A DNA stretch of 63,557 nucleotides, filler included. It is 7 parts of 7 records of this genome, joined end to end, with 100 filler letters (N's around TTAATTAATTAA, not from the genome) between each part and the next. Parts side by side here need not be neighbours in the genome. Positions count along the whole stretch, not along the records: positions 19,356 to 34,677 come from SRR31156797_3486; positions 34,778 to 50,796 come from SRR31156797_3491; 5 more parts are not named here. One strand, written 5' to 3'. The notes under the pieces are model-generated. The model made no database searches, was not told where the DNA came from, and saw only the letters and a list, made by a program, of their open reading frames with translations. A program made the position numbers and the translations under genes. Positions 29,269-37,905 of the stretch are shown in pieces; positions within the stretch are counted from its first letter, which is position 1; each line of letters opens with the position of its first letter.

Positions 29269-29777
29269 TGAAAACGGAAAAAAATGAATTTACAGCGGAA
29301 AAAGGCAGAATTCTCCATGATCTATTCAGGGAGGTTTTTGAGCTTCAGGCGGAGTTGGTATCGGTTATGGACAAAGCACATGAATTGAGCGGGTTAACCA
29401 CACCGCAGCGCAGGATTATGAATGCGATTCGCCGGCAAAGAACAGCTACGGTGCCTGATATTGCTTCGCTGCTGGGTGTCTCACGACAATTTGTGCAAAC
29501 CGTCTGTAACAAGATGGTCTCACTTGATTATATAGAATTTAAAGACAACCCGCGGCATAAGCGCTCCCGGTTGGTTGTCTTGACCGAAGCAGGGAATGCG
29601 AACCTTGTTTCAGCCCGGAGGAAAGAAAACGAAATGATCGATCGGGCCATCCCGGATATCAATTTAGAGAAAGCAGCAGAAGTCAGAGAGTTACTGGCAA
29701 TTATTCGGAAAAGTCTTGGCACCTCGTCTTTGGCCAAAAAATCGGGCAAAAATTTATGTTCCATTTCCCACCGCTAA
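29268..29777 (+). CDS. MarR-family transcriptional regulator
   Basis: TVPDIASLLGVSRQFVQ, NPRHKRSRLVVLTEAG; TAATG coupling to the ICMT gene. Confidence 0.9.
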   Translation: MKTEKNEFTAEKGRILHDLFREVFELQAELVSVMDKAHELSGLTTPQRRIMNAIRRQRTATVPDIASLLGVSRQFVQTVCNKMVSLDYIEFKDNPRHKRSRLVVLTEAGNANLVSARRKENEMIDRAIPDINLEKAAEVRELLAIIRKSLGTSSLAKKSGKNLCSISHR

Positions 29778-29985
29778 ATGTCTATGCTGCACCCTGCAGG
29801 AGGGTATGTTAATCTTCCATCCGAAAAAATGCTCGTGTTACTTCAAGAATTGAGGGTGTGTTAATTTCTCGACAGACAATACAGCTTTACATACCCATTT
29901 ATCAGAGCATAACCGTATAAATTTATCTGAGCGCCATAGAAAATCCTTGACAAATCCTAAAGACTTTTGTTGGAATGAGGATAAA

Positions 29986-30005
29986 TCGGCCGGCTGGCCG
30001 GTTGG
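29986..30005 (+). promoter_or_regulatory. Probable TetR operator 1
   Basis: TCGGCCGGCTGGCCGGTTGG imperfect palindrome downstream of TTGACA (29947); 16/20 identical to the site at 30817. Confidence 0.55.
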
Positions 30006-30069
30006 CGATAGCATTGAGCGGAAATACTTTTTAAAATATACTTAATGTCTGAAGGAGGGAAATATATAG

Positions 30070-30684
30070 TTGCGGATGAAAAAAGAAGCCAACATCTACA
30101 CATCCAATCCAAACAATAGGAAGTTTCAAATTGTAAAGGCCGCGGCCTTCCTTTTCAATGAGAAAGGCTACGAGCGAACCACCCTTAAAGATATTGCTGG
30201 CAAGATAGGTATCACCAAAGCCACGCTTTATCATTATTTCAAAAGCAAACACGACCTACTGTTCCATATAATCGATGAAAGCATCACTGATGCTACCAGA
30301 CGAATGTCTCACATATTGGATTCGCCGGTGGGTACCAATGAAAAAATTGATTTAGCGTTTCGTCAGCATTTTCAGTTCTATTTAACGAAATACCCTGGTG
30401 CAAGTGTGATGCTGCATGAAAAAACCGACTTACTTCCCAGCGAACAGGAAAAAATCATAAAGGAAAAATTTCGGGAATATATTACGTTCTGGGAAAAAAT
30501 TTTAGAAGAAGGGTGTGAACTCGGTATCATTAGACAGGATTTGGATACTAAAATAATGAGGTGGGCCGCGATCGGAATGTGCAATTGGGTTTATAAGTGG
30601 GCGTCTTCCGAAGGAAGGCAGCCGTTTGATCAGATTGCGGGAATGTTTTCGGAGCTATTCAAAACAGGCGTATTAAAAAAATAG
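30070..30684 (+). CDS. TetR/AcrR-family regulator (KstR2-like C-terminus)
   Basis: AAFLFNEKGYERTTLKDIAGKIGITKATLYHYFKSK; IGMCNWVYKW. Confidence 0.92.
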   Translation: MRMKKEANIYTSNPNNRKFQIVKAAAFLFNEKGYERTTLKDIAGKIGITKATLYHYFKSKHDLLFHIIDESITDATRRMSHILDSPVGTNEKIDLAFRQHFQFYLTKYPGASVMLHEKTDLLPSEQEKIIKEKFREYITFWEKILEEGCELGIIRQDLDTKIMRWAAIGMCNWVYKWASSEGRQPFDQIAGMFSELFKTGVLKK

Positions 30685-30816
30685 AAAAGATAACACTGGA
30701 ATGTTGCTTCTGGTTTTCCGCGTTCTGTTTTGTTCATGTTTGGATGCTTTAACGGAATGTGTTTGAAGCACATGATATCTGCGAGTTTAAAGGCCTATAT
30801 TTTTTTATTCCATGAG

Positions 30817-30836
30817 CCGACCAGCTGGCTGGTTGG
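30817..30836 (+). promoter_or_regulatory. Probable TetR operator 2
   Basis: CCGACCAGCTGGCTGGTTGG imperfect palindrome (16/20 self-complementary) upstream of an AAAGGAGG RBS. Confidence 0.55.
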
Positions 30837-31323
30837 CTCTCTTTTTCTAAAACTTAACTCTTTAACATTTGACTTTTTTAAAGGAGGGAAAAATGAATAG
30901 CCCGTCTGCATCGTTGGAATGAGCCTGCATGAGCTAAAAATCATAGGCAGCGGCTTTGCAGCCACCCACGACTTTTTTGAGGGAATTAGACTGTCAAACC
31001 AGAGGGAAAGAGATCCATAAGCGGCTACGGGCCTAAAGGAGGTCACGAGTAAATATCCAAATACGTAGGTCTCAATATTGCACATAAAATTTTCAAAGGC
31101 ATTTTCAAGGTAAGAGAAATAGAAGGATGAAACTAACGATGTTTTCCCCGGCAAAAAAGACTTCACCAAGTTTGCATAATCTTCGTATCCGTAGGATTTA
31201 GAACATCTCATTAATGAATATCATGGAGAAATACCCAAAGTCATGTGCACCCATTGCGAGACCATTCCCCGGTTTACAGGAGACAGTGTCTTTACGATTT
31301 GTGAACCGCCGTAAAATGACTAT

Positions 31324-31361
31324 TGTCGCGATTCCGCGAAAGTTGTCACACGAATGCGACT
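31324..31361. promoter_or_regulatory. Tandem TGTCRC-N6-GCGA palindromes, probable enhancer sites of the NtrC-family regulator
   Basis: TGTCGCgattccGCGAAA and TGTCACacgaatGCGACT with a 20-bp period, 45 bp upstream of the kinase gene. Confidence 0.55.
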
Positions 31362-31405
31362 TGCGGTAACTGATACACGTTTTTTATTTTCGTGAGGTAT
31401 TTGAA

Positions 31406-32872
31406 ATGATGAGCAATGTCGAACGTATCACCAGATGCAATGATGGTTTATTGGAGAAGGTTTTGGAAAATTTGCCCATTGGAATTATGGTTCTTGACAA
31501 CCAGGGGAGAATTCTGCGGATTAACCGCTGGCAGGAAAGAATCTCCAAGGTGGAACGTGAGGAAGCCGTCGGCAAATACTTCCACGAGTCCTGGAGGCGC
31601 CTTTTCGATCAAGGCGTTATGAAACCTTACTGGGATCTTATCCATAAAAGAAAACCTTATGAAATGATTATCGATAAGATCTATCCGCAATTCTACAATA
31701 AGCAAATCACCGCGATCCTGCGTGGCGCACCTTTGCCCGGCGGTGAGGGCTTTGTTCTCATCAATGATGTTTCAGAAGAAATAAAACACGATAAACGTCT
31801 GTTAGAAAAACTCACAAAGGAACTGAGCAAATCCAAAGTTTTTCTCGAAAACATGATTGATTCCTCCCCCAATGCGGTTATCACAATCGATAATGATGGT
31901 ATCATCAAGTCTTTCAATAAGACAGGTATTCTAATGTTTGGTTACAAGAAAGCAGAAGCTATCGGAATGAAAGTTTCAGATCTTTTTGAAAAGCCAATAA
32001 ACCCGGATACTCTTGAGACCTCAAATTTTGACGGGAAAACCCGGGAAGTCACATGCAAAAGGAAAAACGGCAAAACGTATCCTGGCAAAATAAGTCTTGC
32101 GGATATCAAGAATAATATGGGCAAGTCTCAGGGAGAATTAGTCCTTGTTACCGATTCCACGGAACAGAAGATCGTTGAAGAGAAATTGGCAATATCCGAG
32201 AAACTGGCCATTTATTCTGAACTGATGGCTGGAATTGCCCATCAGATCAACAATCCCATGGTGGGCGTGATCAATTTTTCTTCAATGCTCTTGGATAAGA
32301 CCGATAAGGAAGATCCCAAAAGACCTTTGGTGGAGACCATCTATGAGGCAACCAAGAACTGTCAGAAAATGCTTTCTTCAATGATGGCATGTATTCACGA
32401 GCCAAGGATCAATTTTTCCAAGATAGACATTAGAGATGCCTTGGAGAGTCCTATTCAAGATGCGAGGAATCACATTGAGACACACTTGGATGGCTGCATA
32501 AAAATATCGAGGCGGATCAACAAGCGAATTCCGGCGGTAAATGGCGATTTATTGCAGCTTCGTCAGGTATTTAGAAACATTCTGAACAACGCGATAGAGG
32601 CGATGCCTCACGGGGGTGACATAAAGGTGAGAACAAAGATCGACTGGGAGGCGCGCGAACTTCAAATAAGATTTACCGACTCGGGTTCCGGTATCTCAGA
32701 AGAACATCTTCCCCGGCTTTTCATCCCTTTTTTCACCACAAAAAAGGGAAGAGGGAAAGGACTTGGCCTGAGTTTTGCTTTTCAGATGATCAGAAACCAT
32801 AGAGGACGCATAGAGGTTAATTCTTCAGGAAATAAGGGGAGCACTTTTACGATTTTATTGCCTATTTTTTGA
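31406..32872 (+). CDS. Soluble PAS-PAS histidine kinase (NtrB-like)
   Basis: Two PAS domains, MAGIAHQINNP, NILNNAIEAM, FFTTK, GKGLGL; no TM segment. Confidence 0.92.
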   Translation: MMSNVERITRCNDGLLEKVLENLPIGIMVLDNQGRILRINRWQERISKVEREEAVGKYFHESWRRLFDQGVMKPYWDLIHKRKPYEMIIDKIYPQFYNKQITAILRGAPLPGGEGFVLINDVSEEIKHDKRLLEKLTKELSKSKVFLENMIDSSPNAVITIDNDGIIKSFNKTGILMFGYKKAEAIGMKVSDLFEKPINPDTLETSNFDGKTREVTCKRKNGKTYPGKISLADIKNNMGKSQGELVLVTDSTEQKIVEEKLAISEKLAIYSELMAGIAHQINNPMVGVINFSSMLLDKTDKEDPKRPLVETIYEATKNCQKMLSSMMACIHEPRINFSKIDIRDALESPIQDARNHIETHLDGCIKISRRINKRIPAVNGDLLQLRQVFRNILNNAIEAMPHGGDIKVRTKIDWEARELQIRFTDSGSGISEEHLPRLFIPFFTTKKGRGKGLGLSFAFQMIRNHRGRIEVNSSGNKGSTFTILLPIF

Positions 32873-32882
32873 AGGGAAAAAA

Positions 32883-34322
32883 TTGGTTACAGCATCATCC
32901 AACGTTTCTGATAAATTTGACACATACAAGGGTCTGACTCCAAAAATATTGGTTTTGGACGATGATCCTTTTGTTCTTCAGTTTTTCAAGATGATCTGTG
33001 AAGAAGAAGGATACCAGTTTTTCCCCGCCAAAACCTGCAAAGAATGTAAAAAATTGGTGAAAAAAGAGACCCTTCATCTGTGTATATTGGATGTTCGGCT
33101 GCCGGATGGAAACGGGATAGACCTGATGAAATGGATCTGCAAACAGGGTGTCGGTATTCCAATTATCATTATTACGGCATACGGTTCCATTTCCGATGCG
33201 GTCGAAGCCATAAAAATAGGCGCCTTTGATTTTACAACGAAGCCGTTTGATAACACCCAAAAAATAGGAATTTTGATCAAGAACGCCCTCAATCAGGCCT
33301 TTCTCTCCAAAGAGCTTCAGGAGTTGCGTTTTAAGCTTGAATCTACCAGCAATTCAAAGCCCATTATTGGAAAATCAAAAAAAATGAACCGTGTTTTTAG
33401 TGAGATACAAAAGGCCTCCCAAGTGGATAGCAACGTTTTGATCGATGGTGAAAGCGGAACAGGAAAAGAATTGGTGGCACGGGCAATCCACACCAAGAGT
33501 GGACGCAGAGGGAAGCCGTTTGTTGCCATCAACTGCGTCGCATTGCCTGAAACACTACTGGAGAGTTCTCTATTCGGGTATGAGAAGGGCGCTTTTACCG
33601 GCGCTACAAAGAAGACAAAAGGATTCTTCGAGGAGGCTGACAAGGGTACCTTGATGCTTGATGAAATAGGGGATACCTCACTCAGCCTTCAGACAAAAAT
33701 TTTGAGAACCGTTGAGGAGGGGGCTCTCTTCCACGTGGGAGGGGCAAAACCGATTTATGTGAATGTGCGGTTGATTTTTGCAACCAACAAAAACCTGATA
33801 GAAGCGATAGATAGGGGTGAATTCAGGAAGGATCTTTTTTTCAGGATTAATGTCATCAGAATTAAGCTTCCTCCCTTGAGAGAGAGAAAAGAGGATATCC
33901 CGCTGTTGGCGGAGTATTTCATTCGGAAATTTTGTCAAAAGGAGAGTGCTCCCACAAAGCTGCTGGAACCAAGTGCTCTTAAATACTTGAGTGATCGCAA
34001 CTGGCCCGGCAACGTGAGAGAGCTCCAAAATGTGATGGAACGGATTGTGGCGTTACACCATAAGAAGAATATTACGGCAAGAGATTTGTCGCAATATTGC
34101 GACGAGGCGGACTTCAAAGACATCGACAATTTCCTGAATGAAGACTACAAGACGGCAAAAAGACATTTTGAAAAAAAATACTTCAAGAATTTGTTTGCCC
34201 TATCGGATGGTCAAATCGACAGAGCATCAAAGAAGAGCGGTATTCACCGGGCAACCATCTATCGCAAGATTAAGGAGTTGGGGATCAAAAGCAAATGGAG
34301 AAAGCTCCTCGATTCGTCATAG
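32883..34322 (+). CDS. Sigma54-dependent response regulator (NtrC family)
   Basis: Receiver domain, GESGTGKE, GAFTGA, WPGNVRELQN, Fis-type HTH. Confidence 0.95.
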   Translation: MVTASSNVSDKFDTYKGLTPKILVLDDDPFVLQFFKMICEEEGYQFFPAKTCKECKKLVKKETLHLCILDVRLPDGNGIDLMKWICKQGVGIPIIIITAYGSISDAVEAIKIGAFDFTTKPFDNTQKIGILIKNALNQAFLSKELQELRFKLESTSNSKPIIGKSKKMNRVFSEIQKASQVDSNVLIDGESGTGKELVARAIHTKSGRRGKPFVAINCVALPETLLESSLFGYEKGAFTGATKKTKGFFEEADKGTLMLDEIGDTSLSLQTKILRTVEEGALFHVGGAKPIYVNVRLIFATNKNLIEAIDRGEFRKDLFFRINVIRIKLPPLRERKEDIPLLAEYFIRKFCQKESAPTKLLEPSALKYLSDRNWPGNVRELQNVMERIVALHHKKNITARDLSQYCDEADFKDIDNFLNEDYKTAKRHFEKKYFKNLFALSDGQIDRASKKSGIHRATIYRKIKELGIKSKWRKLLDSS

Positions 34323-34439
34323 CCGCTCTCTCCCATGTTGTGTTGGAATTCACTCGATTCCGTTGTTATTACGGGTTTCCATGTCAGCAGTTTTTGTTTA
34401 CAAAAACCGCCAAGCCGTTTTTGGGGGGATATTTAACCA

Positions 34440-34677
34440 ATGCAAAAAAGAGAGCTTCAGCGCTTGAAGTCTGCATTTGAGAATACTCCGACTTTATTCC
34501 AATTGTTGTCTTCTATCCGTTCCCGTCGCGTTGGATCAGGATACTCTATCGAACCGGGTAAATCTGACACACACGGTGTTACAGGAAGAGATTTGATAAA
34601 TACGACCGGGCCTTTGACTTTTTCGTCCCAAAAGACCCCCGAACCACTTACTGAGTTAGAGACGGCACTGCTTTGCT
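34440..34677 (+). CDS. Hypothetical protein, 3' truncated
   Basis: Purine-rich RBS; LFQLLSSIRSRRVG..GPLTFSSQKTPEPLTELETALL; RSRR recalls nitroreductase-like N-termini. Confidence 0.55.
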
Positions 34678-34777
34678 NNNNNNNNNNNNNNNNNNNNNNN
34701 NNNNNNNNNNNNNNNNNNNNNTTAATTAATTAANNNNNNNNNNNNNNNNNNNNNNNNNNNNNNNNNNNNNNNNNNNN
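34678..34777. other. Artificial contig spacer
   Basis: 44 N + TTAATTAATTAA + 44 N. Confidence 0.98.
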
Positions 34778-34779
34778 GC

Positions 34780-35880
34780 ATTGCCCATGATTTCAACAAT
34801 ATTTTGGGGATTATTTTAGGGAATGCCGAACTGGCCATGGACGATGTCCCCCAATGGAATCCCGCCCGGCGGAACCTGGATGAGGTAAGGAAGGCCTGCC
34901 TGAGGGCAAAAGAGGTGGTCAGGCAAATCTTGAGTTTCAGCCGAAAATCTGAAACTGAACTGAAACCTCTCAATATATCAGCCGTGGTTACCGAATCGCT
35001 CAAGCTCTTACGGGCATCCATCCCCACAAGTGTTGATATACACCCAAATATCTCAACCCATATTGGGTACATTTTTGGGGATCCAACCCAGATCCATCAG
35101 ATCATGATGAATCTTTGCACCAATGCGGCCCATGCCATGGAAAATGAAGGGGGAACCCTTGAGGTCGCGATAGAAACGGTAACCATTGATGAGGATACGG
35201 CATCCCGGTACCCTGAGCTAAGTCTCGGCGCCCATGTGCAATTAAAGGTGAGTGATACGGGAGATGGGATCGGCCCCGAAGCCATAGAGCGGATATTTGA
35301 TCCATATTTCACCACGAAGGATGTGGGTAAAGGGACAGGCTTGGGCCTTTCGGTGGTTCACGGTATCGTAAAAAGCCACCATGGCGGAATTTCGGTTGAG
35401 AGCAAAACGGGAAAGGGGACCACATTCAAAATATTGTTCCCAACCTTTGAAAGAAAGACCCATGAAGAACCGAAACCGTTTCAAGAACTCCCCACCGGAA
35501 ATGAAAGGATCCTCTTCGTTGACGATGAAGCGCCCATGGTAAAACTGAATCAGCGGCGATTGGAGAAACTTGGATATGAGTTCATCGGCAAGAGCGATCC
35601 TTCTGAAGCCCTGGAACTTTTCCGTACCCATCCTGATCGAATCGATCTCATCGTCACCGATATGACTATGCCCAAAATGACCGGTGACAAACTCGTGCAA
35701 GCGATACTTGAAATCAGGCCCGAGATACCCATCATCCTCTGCACCGGATACAGCGAGAGAATTTCAAAGGAAAGTGCCCGGAAGCTGGGCATTCGGAAAT
35801 ACATTGAAAAACCGATTGAGAAGGAAGCCCTGGCGAGATCGGTTCGGGAGGTTCTGGATGGGGCGAAGGTTTCGAAATAA
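34780..35880 (+). CDS. Hybrid histidine kinase (HisKA-HATPase-REC), 5' truncated
   Basis: IAHDFNNILG, NLCTNA, YFTTKDVGKGTGLGL, ILFVDDE..TDMTMP. Confidence 0.93.
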   Translation: MAHDFNNILGIILGNAELAMDDVPQWNPARRNLDEVRKACLRAKEVVRQILSFSRKSETELKPLNISAVVTESLKLLRASIPTSVDIHPNISTHIGYIFGDPTQIHQIMMNLCTNAAHAMENEGGTLEVAIETVTIDEDTASRYPELSLGAHVQLKVSDTGDGIGPEAIERIFDPYFTTKDVGKGTGLGLSVVHGIVKSHHGGISVESKTGKGTTFKILFPTFERKTHEEPKPFQELPTGNERILFVDDEAPMVKLNQRRLEKLGYEFIGKSDPSEALELFRTHPDRIDLIVTDMTMPKMTGDKLVQAILEIRPEIPIILCTGYSERISKESARKLGIRKYIEKPIEKEALARSVREVLDGAKVSK

Positions 35881-36088
35881 GGTGCAGGGACCACCATGCT
35901 TTTGGCGTTGCCCCTGCCAGTAAAAAACCAGAGGCATCATTTCTAATTCCACGAGAAGAGCGCGATTCCGGGTTCAAGTCCCATATTTTTGAGTGAGCGC
36001 AAAGTTCTTATTCCGGAGTTCTTGCTCAAAACCATGAATTGTGCTATCGAAGTCCCGGAGTTAAAATCCTCATACCGTTTTGTTTAAA

Positions 36089-36117
36089 TCCCCCATCGGC
36101 ATTGGGGGACTTTTTTT
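36089..36117 (+). terminator. Terminator-like hairpin 54 nt upstream of the aminotransferase
   Basis: TCCCCCA-tcggcat-TGGGGGA followed by C and T7. Confidence 0.6.
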
Positions 36118-36170
36118 GTGAGGGGAGATGGTCATCGTCAGCATTGGAAATTCCAAGAGGTGTGTAAAGA

Positions 36171-37424
36171 GTGGATAGATCGGTTTATTCAAGTGTCGGG
36201 AAAAAAGAAGATACAACAGGTATTGCCAGGCGCGTGGCCCGGATCAGCGTCTCGGCCATCAAGCAGATGCCGGTCCTTGCAAGTAAAATTGAAGGGTGTA
36301 TTTCCCTGGGGCAGGGGATTCCCTCTTTCGAAACCCCTTCTTTTATTCGAGAGGCCGTTATTGAGGCCCTCAAGGATGATGTGTTGATCGGCAAGTATTC
36401 TCTTCAACCGGGAATTCCGGAGTTGAAACTGGAAATTGCCGGCTATCTGAAGCGAAACAATGGGATCGCGGTGGATCCGGAAACGGAACTCTTCGTCAGT
36501 TGCGGCGCCATGGAAGCGCTTGCGGGTGTCATTTCCACCATCGTGGAGCGGGGTGATGAGGTCCTCATCCCTTCTCCGAACTACTCCTCCCATATTGAAC
36601 AGATCCTTTTTGCCGAAGGGAATCCGGTGTTTGTCCCCCTGATGGAGAACGAGGGATGGCGGCTGGATATTGATGGGTTTAAAAAGGCATTAAGCAAAAA
36701 AACCAAGGCCATTCTGCTCTGTAACCCCATGAACCCAACGGGTGCGGTTTTTCGTGAATCGGATTTAAGGGGACTGGCGGAAATGGCCATTGAGCGGAAT
36801 CTTTTTATTATTTCCGATGAGGCATATGATTTTCTCCTTTACGATAATCTATCCCATTTCAGCCTTACGTCCATTCCGGAGCTGAAGGACCTGCTGATTA
36901 CCTGCAGGAGTTTTTCCAAAATGTACTGTATGACCGGTTGGCGTGTGGGGTATATGGTTTCTGCCGCGCGGATTGTGGATCAGGTGCTGAAGGTACACGA
37001 CGCCTTTGCCATCTGCGCACCCACCATCAGCCAGTATGGGGCCCTGGCAGCCCTTAAAGCCACCAATGGAAAGGATGGGGAAGGGGACCGGTTCATTGGG
37101 AAACTGGTGGGCGCCCTGAGTGCCAGACGGGATGTGATCTGTGATCGTCTGGATGCCCTTTCGGATATATTTTCCTATCAAAAGCCGAAAGGTGCCTATT
37201 ACGTTTTCCCGAAAATCGGTCTGGATAACAGCGATGATATGGATTTGTCTTTGCGGCTGCTTCATGAAGCAAAGGTCATAACCATCCCGGGGAGCGGTTT
37301 CGGCCCAACGGGCGCCGGCCATATTCGATTGTCCTTCGGGGCTCCGGAGGAAGATATCCACCACGCTTTTGACCGCATCGATCGTTGGGTGGATCAGGGA
37401 CTGACAACGGGCGGGAGGGTTTGA
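36171..37424 (+). CDS. PLP-dependent aminotransferase class I/II
   Basis: ISLGQGIP, CNPMNPTG, SDEAY, SFSKMYCMTGWRVG, IRLSFG. Confidence 0.93.
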   Translation: MDRSVYSSVGKKEDTTGIARRVARISVSAIKQMPVLASKIEGCISLGQGIPSFETPSFIREAVIEALKDDVLIGKYSLQPGIPELKLEIAGYLKRNNGIAVDPETELFVSCGAMEALAGVISTIVERGDEVLIPSPNYSSHIEQILFAEGNPVFVPLMENEGWRLDIDGFKKALSKKTKAILLCNPMNPTGAVFRESDLRGLAEMAIERNLFIISDEAYDFLLYDNLSHFSLTSIPELKDLLITCRSFSKMYCMTGWRVGYMVSAARIVDQVLKVHDAFAICAPTISQYGALAALKATNGKDGEGDRFIGKLVGALSARRDVICDRLDALSDIFSYQKPKGAYYVFPKIGLDNSDDMDLSLRLLHEAKVITIPGSGFGPTGAGHIRLSFGAPEEDIHHAFDRIDRWVDQGLTTGGRV

Positions 37425-37427
37425 ACC

Positions 37428-37901
37428 ATGGGCGAAAACGGTATGGTCATAGCATTGGAGGTTAACGGCATCAAACACCGGGTGCACACGTCCACCTGTG
37501 AGACGCTGCTGGATCTGTTAAGGGACAATTTGGGCCTGAAAGGCGTCAAAAGGGGGTGCTCCGCCGGTCAGTGCGGGTCATGTACGGTCATTTTGAATGG
37601 AAAAGCCGTCAATGCCTGTCTGGTCCCGGCTGTTCGCGCCCATGGAAAGCGCATCGCCACCGTGGAAGGCCTTGAAGGAGCAAACGGGCTGCACCCCCTT
37701 CAAAAGGAGTTTGCAGCAAACGGCGCCGTTCAATGCGGGTTTTGCACCACCGGGATGCTCATGTCCGCCAAAGCCCTTCTGGATTCCGTTCCAAAGCCCG
37801 ACAGGGAAAAGATAAAAGAATCCCTGTCCGGCAATCTGTGCCGTTGTTCCGGCTACAAAAAGATTATAGACGCGGTTGAGGCTGCATCGGATGCGGAGTG
37901 A
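37428..37901 (+). CDS. Molybdenum hydroxylase 2x[2Fe-2S] subunit (CoxS/XdhC-like)
   Basis: GCSAGQCGSCT..AC, QCGFCT, GNLCRCSGY. Confidence 0.95.
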   Translation: MGENGMVIALEVNGIKHRVHTSTCETLLDLLRDNLGLKGVKRGCSAGQCGSCTVILNGKAVNACLVPAVRAHGKRIATVEGLEGANGLHPLQKEFAANGAVQCGFCTTGMLMSAKALLDSVPKPDREKIKESLSGNLCRCSGYKKIIDAVEAASDAE

Positions 37902-37905
37902 CGTG

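Noticed and set aside
30795-31211. 138-aa minus-strand ORF
   Set aside because: No RBS or convincing motif, and it overlaps a plus-strand RBS and operator; a faint RpiR-like HTH resemblance is too weak to call
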